Positions 42,553 through 52,132 of a stretch of DNA of 64,000 nt are shown here, piece after piece. A model generated the notes under the pieces. It worked only from the letters and a program-made list of their open reading frames with translations. It was not told the DNA's origin and ran no database searches. The number at the start of each line of letters is the position of its first letter. Within the stretch, counting starts at the first letter, position 1. Origin of the DNA: Histomonas meleagridis 2922-C6/04-290x (Eukaryota; Protista; Parabasalia); the NCBI GenBank assembly GCA_020184695.1, contig JAANOX010000231.1, forward strand, positions 267,017-331,016, in the 5' to 3' direction. The position numbers were made by a program, and so were the translations under genes.

Positions 42553-45500
42553 TTATTTATTAATTAAACACTTAACAATTGATTCGCGTATTTTTTCATT
42601 TAATTCTTCATAAATTTCATGAAGAATCTCATTGTTAGTATTTTGGTAATGTTTAAATATGTTAACACATATTTCCTTTGATTCATATTTTAATGATGGA
42701 AATATTTTCATTAATTCTTTTAATGCGATTTTTATGCATTGATTATTATAACAATTTTTCATACAAAGAATTAATAAATCGAAATAAATTTTCGAATTAT
42801 TGAAATTATTTTGAATATTTTCGATTAGCTTTAAAATAATTTCGTTATAATCGAAATCGAATTTAATTTCTTTATTACAAATTATTCTTCCGATTAATAA
42901 AGCTCCATTTTTAAGGTTATTTAAAGAGAATTTTATTATTTCCAAAAAATCGATTTTTTGAATATTTTGTTGAATGATTATTAGATATAATAATTCGAAT
43001 TCAATTTGTAAATTTTGCTTATCATTAACAATAAATTTAATGATTTCATGTGATATATTTTCGATGTTTTTCTTAATTAAAAGAATAAACAAAGAAATAA
43101 TAAGTTTTTCATTTTCTTCATTATGTTTATGTAATAATGAACTTAAAATTCCATTTATATTTTCTTTTATTAATTCGTTATCGATGTTTTCTATAATATA
43201 TGCAAAAGTTTCGAATTTAAAATCAATATTTATAATAACATTTAAAATTAATTTTAATATTTCAGAAGATTTTATTTTCATTTTTGTAACTATAAAACAA
43301 AAATCAGAAATTGTTTCTTTAATATCAAATGTTTTCGATTTAATAATTGAAATATTAATTAAATCTTTTATCAAATCTATTTCAATTTCATTTTTATGTT
43401 TATTAAGTAATAACATCGAACTTTTAATAAGTTCATTAATTTCAGTTTCAGAATTTGTTTTTGATAATTTATTTATGAAATATTTAAATGTTTCATTCGG
43501 TGTAATCTCATTTTGTAATTCTAAAAATATTAATAAAAATTGATTTTTTTCTATATTAAAATCATTATTATTAATATCATTAAAAATTTCATTCATTAAA
43601 TTAATTATTTTATTATAATTAATATCAATGAATTGTTTTATGGAATTTTTATTAATTTCATAAATTTTTATTAAAATTGGAATTACATTTAAATCGAATT
43701 TATTTAAATTCGAAATTTTTTTAGAACAATTTTCTAAATTATTTACATTAATTAAAGAAGTTATAAAACTTCCGGAAATCGAAAAATCGAAATTTAATGC
43801 GGTTTCAAATAATATTTCGAAATGTTTCGAAAATGAACTTAATGTATATAACTCATTAATTTTACCTAAAATCGGAAAACTAATTTCTTGTAATTGAAAT
43901 ATATTACTTGAAATTGTTATACAAAGAGAAACAACAATTTTATAAACATGTTGAACTTCAATATTTGTTAAAATTTTATCCAAAACTTTTAATAAAATGA
44001 TTTTCGTTAATAAATTCGGTTCAATGCCAACTTCAGGAATTAAATTATCTTTAAAGACATTATAAATAAAATCAATTACTAAATCGATTTTACATTTCGA
44101 TATTAAATTAACAACAAATTCGATCATATTACCATTATTAATCTTTTTAATTAAGACCATAATTTTAGGTAAAAATTTTATATAATTTTTCGTATTTGAT
44201 ATATAAGAAAATGCTTTAATCGATGATAAAAGTATAGAATGAGAAACATTTTGTGATTTAATAGGTTTTATACTTAATCCATTTATAAAATTTATATTCT
44301 TTTTCTTCAGTTCAACAAATGTTTCATATGTAATTCCTTTAGATAAAGTAAAAGGCGTTGAAGAAAATGAAACTAAAATAGATAACGCAGTAATATTTAC
44401 AGTTTCATCCAAATCGAAATTATTAATCAAATCAATGACAGAATTATATATTAAATATAAAACTAATGGATGTAATGAATTAGAATTATGTAATAATTGA
44501 AGTAATATATTTAATTGATTTAAACAAAATGGTTTTATTTCTTTTCCTTGTGTGATAAACATTGTAGATAATGCATGCAAAGCAAATGGTGTCGAATTAC
44601 TTGAAAAGATTTTTTCATTTATAAATAGCATAATTCGTGAAAGAAAATTCTCTTCAAGTTGCGTTTGACACATTACTGATGATATCAATAAACAAGAAGC
44701 AGAAATTTTATTCATTTCGATGAATTTTATTATTCCATTTATATATTCTTCTTTGTTTAAAATGGAATATGATATTGATTCACATGTAATTTGTATCCGT
44801 AAATAATCATTACCTTTTAATGTCTTTAATAATGAACCTATAAAATTATGTGTAATTAATTCTTTAAATGATCCGTCTTTAATAATTTGAAGAATAATCG
44901 AATGTGATAAACATGTATTTTGTTGAATTAAGGTTTGTAATATTGTTTCTTTTGTTTTTATATTACATTTTTTAAATATTTGCGGAAATTTATTAATATA
45001 ATTTTGTGCTAAAATTTTTTGATAATTTATATGTTGGATTTTCTTCTTAATTAATATGTCATCTGATACTATCATTGGACGTTGAATTTGTTTCCTTAAA
45101 AAATGTTTTCCAGGGTTTAAATCTTTACATTTATTTAACAAAATTGTTGAAATCAAATTACAATCATTAATACAATTTATTATAAAATCAATAAAAATCG
45201 ACAAAGTTAAATATGAAACATTATCAATTCTTTGTATTATAAACTCAAATAAACTTTTAGAATATATATTAAAATCATTAAATTTAGTAAGAAAAAGTAA
45301 AACATTATTTAATAACATTTCTTGTTTATCATTAAATGTTTTTATGTTAATTAAATAATTATTTACTTTCTTTAACATAGGTCCAATTAAATTAACATCA
45401 AATGAATCAATACTTAAAAATGAACAAATTCCCCAAAAATATATAAATCGATAAGATTCGAAATTATTTTCTTTGTTGATTAATGGTACATAATCATTAA

Positions 45501-46722
45501 CAATAATATCTTTAATAGAATTTATAAGATTTATATCACCTTCAAGTATAGACATCACTACAAATCCATAACTATAATTATTTGCGTCATTTATTAATGA
45601 TAAAATTGTCGATTTCAGATATTCGTTTGCAATTCGATTTGATTTCTTTGATAATTTATTAAAAAATTTCTTTGAAATATTTTTTTCATTTATATCTTTA
45701 GAAAATGATAAATTGGAACAAACGCTACACAACATATATAAATCATCTTCTTTATTTATGAGTTTGTTCATGACTATAACTTGTTGATAATTTGGTTTTT
45801 CTATTAGTAACTTATTAAACATTTCTTGATTTATTTTATTGTTTCCATAAATTATAAGTTCATCAATATCTGTTGGTGAATATTCTTTAATAAAATCAAA
45901 GAATTTTTCGTAATGTTGTTGAATCATTGTTGGATTTATAGTTTCAAAAAATCGTTGAATAGTAAATGAAATAAATTGCCGATATTTTTTGATTATTGTT
46001 AATGATTTATCATAAGAATTATCATTGCAATTTAGCGAAATATATGAAATAAGTCGAGATATTTCACTTATGATAAAAAGTGTTGGATTCTTAGAAATGA
46101 TAAAATATAGCATTTCAAAAATGGTGATAATAATGGAGGAATCATAAAAAATAAGCGACTTCATGAGTTTAATACTCATCATTAGAATATATTCAGATTC
46201 ATTTTCAATGGTTTTCTTTAAATATTTTAATACATTTTTTATATAGCGTGATAGTGAAGAATGTTTTGTAGAAAAAATAAGACGCAATGCTAATAGAGCT
46301 TGAAGTATAAGTGGGCTTGTGTTAGAAATCTTTAATAAAGAATTTATGACATTTTGAAAATGTGGTGAACATTCTGATGGAAAACAATGTGCAAGTTCGC
46401 CAATGCCAACAGTACTTGAAGCTGTAAGGTTTTTACTGAGATTTGTAAATGTTGATATAACTATTTTGTTTGTTGGGTTGTTAATTATGTGATAAATATT
46501 TACAAGCATTTTTGTTATGAATAATGAACACTGAACACTAAGTTTTCCTTCATTTACTTTATAAAGATTAATTAATGATTTTTCAATTAATCTTAATGAA
46601 TCGAATGAATTTCTTATTAAATCAAAATCTAGAGATACAAGAGTTTGTATTATTGCATGTTCTGGCTTTGAAATTCTCTTTGCCGATGAAATTCGTTGGA
46701 TTTCTGATAAAATTTCTTCCAT
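42553..46722 (-). CDS. Large HEAT-repeat protein (HEATR5/Laa1-like)
   Basis: 1389-aa helical ORF; segments such as SCLLISSV and FALHALSTMF recall HEATR5. Family assignment is tentative. Confidence 0.5.
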   Translation of the reverse strand: MEEILSEIQRISSAKRISKPEHAIIQTLVSLDFDLIRNSFDSLRLIEKSLINLYKVNEGKLSVQCSLFITKMLVNIYHIINNPTNKIVISTFTNLSKNLTASSTVGIGELAHCFPSECSPHFQNVINSLLKISNTSPLILQALLALRLIFSTKHSSLSRYIKNVLKYLKKTIENESEYILMMSIKLMKSLIFYDSSIIITIFEMLYFIISKNPTLFIISEISRLISYISLNCNDNSYDKSLTIIKKYRQFISFTIQRFFETINPTMIQQHYEKFFDFIKEYSPTDIDELIIYGNNKINQEMFNKLLIEKPNYQQVIVMNKLINKEDDLYMLCSVCSNLSFSKDINEKNISKKFFNKLSKKSNRIANEYLKSTILSLINDANNYSYGFVVMSILEGDINLINSIKDIIVNDYVPLINKENNFESYRFIYFWGICSFLSIDSFDVNLIGPMLKKVNNYLINIKTFNDKQEMLLNNVLLFLTKFNDFNIYSKSLFEFIIQRIDNVSYLTLSIFIDFIINCINDCNLISTILLNKCKDLNPGKHFLRKQIQRPMIVSDDILIKKKIQHINYQKILAQNYINKFPQIFKKCNIKTKETILQTLIQQNTCLSHSIILQIIKDGSFKELITHNFIGSLLKTLKGNDYLRIQITCESISYSILNKEEYINGIIKFIEMNKISASCLLISSVMCQTQLEENFLSRIMLFINEKIFSSNSTPFALHALSTMFITQGKEIKPFCLNQLNILLQLLHNSNSLHPLVLYLIYNSVIDLINNFDLDETVNITALSILVSFSSTPFTLSKGITYETFVELKKKNINFINGLSIKPIKSQNVSHSILLSSIKAFSYISNTKNYIKFLPKIMVLIKKINNGNMIEFVVNLISKCKIDLVIDFIYNVFKDNLIPEVGIEPNLLTKIILLKVLDKILTNIEVQHVYKIVVSLCITISSNIFQLQEISFPILGKINELYTLSSFSKHFEILFETALNFDFSISGSFITSLINVNNLENCSKKISNLNKFDLNVIPILIKIYEINKNSIKQFIDINYNKIINLMNEIFNDINNNDFNIEKNQFLLIFLELQNEITPNETFKYFINKLSKTNSETEINELIKSSMLLLNKHKNEIEIDLIKDLINISIIKSKTFDIKETISDFCFIVTKMKIKSSEILKLILNVIINIDFKFETFAYIIENIDNELIKENINGILSSLLHKHNEENEKLIISLFILLIKKNIENISHEIIKFIVNDKQNLQIEFELLYLIIIQQNIQKIDFLEIIKFSLNNLKNGALLIGRIICNKEIKFDFDYNEIILKLIENIQNNFNNSKIYFDLLILCMKNCYNNQCIKIALKELMKIFPSLKYESKEICVNIFKHYQNTNNEILHEIYEELNEKIRESIVKCLINK

Positions 46723-46843
46723 TTCTGGCCAGATAACTGGTTTAACCGCCGCAGAAACATTAAGAAATAAAAAAGAGATCCAAAGCTTTGCGATAATTTA
46801 ATTATCTTCTTACAAAACCACGATGATGAATAATTTTTTATTT

Positions 46844-48265
46844 TCAAAGCTTTGATTGTTCCGTTATTTCCACGTCTTTATACTTTCTTCCGTCAGGTAC
46901 AATCCATTTCTCACCTTCAGGCGCAGAAATCTTTACCTTTCCTTCTAAGACAATTTCTTTACCAAATGTTACATCGCCTTCAATTTCTAATTTTTCAAGA
47001 TTTACAATACTTGGTGGATATGGGAATCTTGCCTCGAAGTCTTGTACCTTTGTGTAGCATGATCCAAGCTTAAGTGATGGCAAGCCTTCGACAGTTCTTT
47101 TAGTGTTAATTAAGAACTCGCATCCACTTTCAGTATAGAAATCAGATCGCATTAACAAAAGTTCATTACATGATTTGACAGGAAGGAATCTCTTACGTGG
47201 AACTTTAACTGAAATAGAATCACTGAATGACTGAATAGCAGAGCCTGCAGCTGCTTCTAATTGGATGACACTTTTTCCATTGTATACTTTATGATTCTTA
47301 ATGACATCAAGTACAAGTGTATCATTATCTAAGGATTCTTTGAGCTTCTCAAGGCTTACCCACATGTTGTTGGAGTTGAAAATGTCGAATTTCTTGATAT
47401 CGACAAAATCATCCATATGACCTGGAGGGACTTGGGCTGTTTCAAGAAGCTTCACACGGCCTTTATAAAGGATGGGCATTCCACCCTTCCAATCATCTGG
47501 CGTTTTGGCAACGGTTTCGGCAGCATATGATCTATTCTCAGTTGCAACCTTGTTAAGAATCTTAAGGTCAATGGTAGCGCCAAGGTTGTCGATGTTTGAT
47601 ATGAAAATAAACCTTTTGCCTTCAGCAAGAAGTTTATCTAAAAGACCAGAATCACGAAGACAATGGAAAACATCACCATGGCCAGGAGGGTTCCATTCGC
47701 CAAGAGGTGACTTGTCGTCTTTTGGAACTGGTTCAAGAGTATCTTCATAAATTCTTGGGAATTTATTTTGGTTATAAGAAAGAACTCTAATATCTTTGAC
47801 CTTTTCAATTGCAGGCTTCATCTGGTCTTCTGTATAGAAAGATTGCATGAGTACAAGAGGAATATCAACATTATACTTCTTGTTGTAATAACGAACTTGA
47901 TCACATGTGAGATCGAAAAATGTCTTTCCTTCTTGGCAAACTATAAGAGACTTAGGGAAGGTGCATCCCATAGTTGTTCCAAGACCACCATTAAGTTTGA
48001 TAACAACTAATTGCTTCAAAAGTGCGACAGGATCTGAAGGCTCAGAAAGATTTTCATAAGGAAATTGTTCACTTGGTGTAAGTGGTTTTACGTAGTCCCA
48101 AACAATTTCACTTTCTTGAGCTACTGATGGAGAAAATGCTGCTTTAAACATTGTAATTAATTTTGCTTGCGCGCCTGGGTTGAGCTTGAGTGGCTCAATT
48201 TCCTTTTTCAGTTTTTCCATTGCTGCTTCTTCATTGACGCTTAAAAGTTCCTTAACTGAAGACAT
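46844..48265 (-). CDS. UGP1: UTP--glucose-1-phosphate uridylyltransferase
   Basis: KLNGGLGTTMGCTFPKS, WNPPGHGD, FISNIDNLGA, KGG, LETAQVP, FNSNNMW, QLEAAAG, RFLPVK. Confidence 0.96.
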   Translation of the reverse strand: MSSVKELLSVNEEAAMEKLKKEIEPLKLNPGAQAKLITMFKAAFSPSVAQESEIVWDYVKPLTPSEQFPYENLSEPSDPVALLKQLVVIKLNGGLGTTMGCTFPKSLIVCQEGKTFFDLTCDQVRYYNKKYNVDIPLVLMQSFYTEDQMKPAIEKVKDIRVLSYNQNKFPRIYEDTLEPVPKDDKSPLGEWNPPGHGDVFHCLRDSGLLDKLLAEGKRFIFISNIDNLGATIDLKILNKVATENRSYAAETVAKTPDDWKGGMPILYKGRVKLLETAQVPPGHMDDFVDIKKFDIFNSNNMWVSLEKLKESLDNDTLVLDVIKNHKVYNGKSVIQLEAAAGSAIQSFSDSISVKVPRKRFLPVKSCNELLLMRSDFYTESGCEFLINTKRTVEGLPSLKLGSCYTKVQDFEARFPYPPSIVNLEKLEIEGDVTFGKEIVLEGKVKISAPEGEKWIVPDGRKYKDVEITEQSKL

Positions 48266-48362
48266 GTAAAATAAATGTGAAGTGCCAAAACAACCAATTT
48301 GAAGGCTCGTAAACCACTCAAATAAACAATTTCTTCAACCTTCTTTTACGGTTTTCTTCTTC

Positions 48363-48381
48363 TGACCTGCTCCAGAGAAAT
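48363..48381 (-). promoter_or_regulatory. Candidate shared upstream motif, UGPase copy (tgacctgctccagagaaat on +)
   Basis: 17/19 identical to 50896-50914, in the same orientation relative to its gene. Confidence 0.5.
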
Positions 48382-48838
48382 GTAATTATGCTCCTTACGA
48401 AGGAAAAACTGCGAAAAAGGTTATTAATGCTAAGCAAAGATAAGAAAAAAAAAAGAAATTTTTTACTTGGAGGATTACGTGTGGGAACAAAAAGATTGCT
48501 TTGTTTTGAATGTGAATTGAAATAATGATTTTTGAATTAAATTAGGTTTCGATAGAATAATTCAAATGATAGAATTATTTGAGAGAAAAAGTCGGTTTGG
48601 AACACCGCTAATGGCACATTTCAATAAACTAAACAAGTATGTCAAATCAATTTTGCACAAGCAATTGAAAACTTTACTCGATTTTTCATGAAGTTTACAA
48701 GCGAATTGAACCATTGCTTTTGTTTCGTTTTGTCAACACCGTGATGTCAACACATAATATCAATTACAAATATTCACAAAGATTCGAATCTTTAACTTAC
48801 CAAAAAAAATATCAAAAATGCAAGCACGTAAATATTTT

Positions 48839-50821
48839 TTAATTGATGTGCATCCAGCTGCGCATTGCTGCAATAATTTCCGCATCACGGTGAACTCTTG
48901 TGTAATCAGTTCCTTCATAAGCCTTAGCATCAGCAACGTAAGCCTTTGAGTAACCTCTTGATTTACATGTTTCGCAAGTTGTTTTGCAAAGGCTGCAATC
49001 TGATTTACCATCTGGAGGAGACTTAACGCCATCCTTGAAGTAATAAGAAGAAAGTAACATACGAATTGGATAATCGTTATCATTATCAACGTTGTTACCG
49101 TAAGGATCTGTGAATAACTTAACTTCAAAAGCACGGTGCTTAGCTGGTTCACATCCTTTAACAAGAACGCAGCCTTGGTCGTGCATATCACGAGAAGATG
49201 AACCATCATTTTGTTGATCATGATCTTCGTTTTGAATAACCTTTCTGATCTTAGAAACTCTTCCTCCATCATTATCTGGTTCTACTGGATAACCACTCCA
49301 CCAGATCTTAATTTGATCGATTTCTGAATCTGTTAAACCTTGTGATTTAAGTTGATTTGAGAAGTATGTTGAATATGAATATTCTGAATCGCCGACAAGT
49401 AACCAAGATTCGCCACCAGTAAGAACTTCGAGCCATGTGAAGAAATCGACTGGATATGAGCCACCTAATCTTTCCTTAAGCTTAGCAAAGATTGCTGCTA
49501 AATCGATTGGATGGATGTGCTTTGCTGCATCAACTCTGAAACCTGAAAATCCAATAGATAAAAGATCAACGAAATAATCGGCAATTCTTGTACGTACATA
49601 ATCTTTGCTTGTATCAAGATCTGTTAAACCTGTGAGCCAACCAGTGTTCATGTTGTTAGGATCTGTCCAAGCATTAAGTGCTTTATCACAATGGAAGTCC
49701 ATTGGTCCATAAGGTACTGCTGGATATTCAAGAACATTTGATGGTTCGCCCCATGAGTTATACTTATATGTATAAGCTGGTGTGTAGTATGGTGATTGGT
49801 TTTCTTCGTCAGATGATTGTTTGCCTGGCCAATATGTGCATGAAGCTCCTGGGTTAACATGGTCTTGTGCGTCATTTCCAGATCCTGACATGTGGTTAAC
49901 AACTGCATCTGCATAAACACGTAATCCATATGAACGACATTTCTTAATCATGTTACGGAGTTGTGTGCGTGTGCCCATACGACCTTGTAAACGATATGAA
50001 ACTGGTTGATACATGAAGTACCATGGGTTAAGTTCGTTTTCAAATGGTTGTGTGGACATAACTTGTTCTTGATGTGGGAAAAGTTTAACGCCAAGATAAC
50101 CTGCTTCAGCAATGACTTTACATTCTTCAGCAATATCATCATCTGGCCAGCCAAACATTTCAACAATAGCACCCTTTTGACCATTACGATAGTCTCCTTG
50201 TCTTTCCTTAAGTGGTTCTACATTCCAGATGAAATCGATTTCATCAAGTTCAAGTGTTTCACCTGTGGCTGCAACAATCTTGACCTTGAGGAGTCCTTTG
50301 TAAGATGAGTCGAATGTCTTGGATGGTTCAGATTGACCAACTCCATCGAAATAATATGTAAGTGAAAGTTCATGATGGGTCTTCGTATAGATTGTAACTG
50401 TGCAAGATGTGCGATCTGAGTTATATTGGAGTTGAGCATAGCCAACAAGAACACGCATATCTTGATAACCTTTCTTCCAATCTTCAGCGCCACGTGGTGG
50501 TGTATTCCAAAGATGTGTAGCCCACTTTGGATCCATATCGCCTGAGGAACCAGAACAGGTTGGATTTTCGAAAATTGTGCATGCAGCATTTGATGCATTA
50601 GAATATGTAATACCAACTTTGTAAGAAGAAGCAACTGTTTGGGTTGTTGTCTTTGTGGTTGAACTTGAACGACCGAATGAAACGTATCCAATAAGAACAC
50701 CTGAAACAAGACCAATTGCAAGGCAAATACCAAGAATTGCCTTCTTTATGAGTGGAGTTTTCTCCTCTGATTGAACCTTTTCCTTGTTGGAAAGTAATGG
50801 TTCGTTTTGCAACTCTTCCAT
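48839..50821 (-). CDS. GH13 alpha-amylase, type II membrane-anchored
   Basis: RVYADAVVNHM, GFRVDAAKH, FTWLEV, IQNEDHD catalytic regions; N-terminal TM (AILGICLAIGLVSGVLIG); Inr TCATTT at 50827-50832. Confidence 0.92.
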   Translation of the reverse strand: MEELQNEPLLSNKEKVQSEEKTPLIKKAILGICLAIGLVSGVLIGYVSFGRSSSTTKTTTQTVASSYKVGITYSNASNAACTIFENPTCSGSSGDMDPKWATHLWNTPPRGAEDWKKGYQDMRVLVGYAQLQYNSDRTSCTVTIYTKTHHELSLTYYFDGVGQSEPSKTFDSSYKGLLKVKIVAATGETLELDEIDFIWNVEPLKERQGDYRNGQKGAIVEMFGWPDDDIAEECKVIAEAGYLGVKLFPHQEQVMSTQPFENELNPWYFMYQPVSYRLQGRMGTRTQLRNMIKKCRSYGLRVYADAVVNHMSGSGNDAQDHVNPGASCTYWPGKQSSDEENQSPYYTPAYTYKYNSWGEPSNVLEYPAVPYGPMDFHCDKALNAWTDPNNMNTGWLTGLTDLDTSKDYVRTRIADYFVDLLSIGFSGFRVDAAKHIHPIDLAAIFAKLKERLGGSYPVDFFTWLEVLTGGESWLLVGDSEYSYSTYFSNQLKSQGLTDSEIDQIKIWWSGYPVEPDNDGGRVSKIRKVIQNEDHDQQNDGSSSRDMHDQGCVLVKGCEPAKHRAFEVKLFTDPYGNNVDNDNDYPIRMLLSSYYFKDGVKSPPDGKSDCSLCKTTCETCKSRGYSKAYVADAKAYEGTDYTRVHRDAEIIAAMRSWMHIN

Positions 50822-50895
50822 TCTTGAAATGAATAATTAATTAGATCATATCACTTTTACATTCAATTTCTACCTGCCCAGTTGAATGCTTTACT

Positions 50896-50914
50896 TGACC
50901 TTCTCCAAAGAAAT
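50896..50914 (-). promoter_or_regulatory. Candidate shared upstream motif, alpha-amylase copy (tgaccttctccaaagaaat on +)
   Basis: 17/19 identical to 48363-48381. Confidence 0.5.
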
Positions 50915-52132
50915 TTCTTAGGTGTGATCGCCTAATTTGAATTTTGATTACAGCTGAATTCCTCTTCAATTTCAAGAATTTCCGACTCAAAGACTTTTGT
51001 TGAATTACGATGCTGCACAAAATTTGCTTGTATAATAATATGAACCCAACATAGTATATGAGATTTTGAGATGGTGACGTTCCGAAATTTAAGTATCTAA
51101 ACTTAAGTTTAGATCCTTGCTTTTGACATCAATATATTCGGAAATATGCGAATATAAATATTATTGTTATTTAGTAATAATAAATACTCTTAACACTGAT
51201 TTTTCAATTTTTTTTTATTATTTTTGAAATTTTTTTGTATTAAACATATGTCTCATATGAAATTATGCTAAAATGATTGATTTTCATCTTTACTTATTAT
51301 TTTATCTTGCAGAATATTTTGTTGTCAATTATATATATTTTTGTCAACGTGTAGCAAATTATCATTCTGATTAAATTTTGTTTTTATTTCAATATGATTT
51401 ATTTATATATATATATTATAGGATTTTCAACACTAACCATTAAAGTAAAATAGAAATCAAGATCATTTATTCTCATAATCATTAGGACTTGCTGAATATG
51501 GTATCGGATCAGATATCCCAATTGTGTTTTCCATTTATATCAATGTTTTCCATATTTAAAGTAAGTATTGATTGGTTAAACCCCAATATTCAAGTTTTTC
51601 ATATCATTTAAGTATTGAGATACTATATCTTCAAAAGCAGGTTCCTTATATCTCTAAATATCATGATTTTTTTTGATAAATAGCAAAAATAGTGGATCTT
51701 GCAAATGGTTATAAATAAATTTTGAATATTACTAGCTAACATTATATTTGCATATAGCAAAAAGATAGGAATATATCATCTTATCTTATGTCAAATTTAG
51801 CTTGATATCGAAAAAATTACGAAATATACCACAAATACTCAAACAATTTGATCTCATTTTCTCGGAAATATTCAATTTGTAGATATTAATACTTCAAACT
51901 TAAAATTTTTTTCTGGTATTCATATTAATTAATCAATTTTTATGTTATTTATGCAAAGGAGTGTAAATTCATAAAAGTTTAAGAATATTTTTACCAAAGT
52001 AAATATTTGCAAATGAAAACATTTTATCTTACACACTTAATAATAATTTATGTTATCTCTTTTTCAATCATTATCATTTTGGTAATATAATATTTTAACA
52101 TAAGAACATAAAATATTTATCTATAACTTTTA

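Noticed and set aside
51095-51114. Perfect 20-bp palindrome ATCTAAACTTAAGTTTAGAT
   Set aside because: AT-rich; a rough estimate gives ~0.4 such palindromes by chance in 64 kb, and there is no supporting context.
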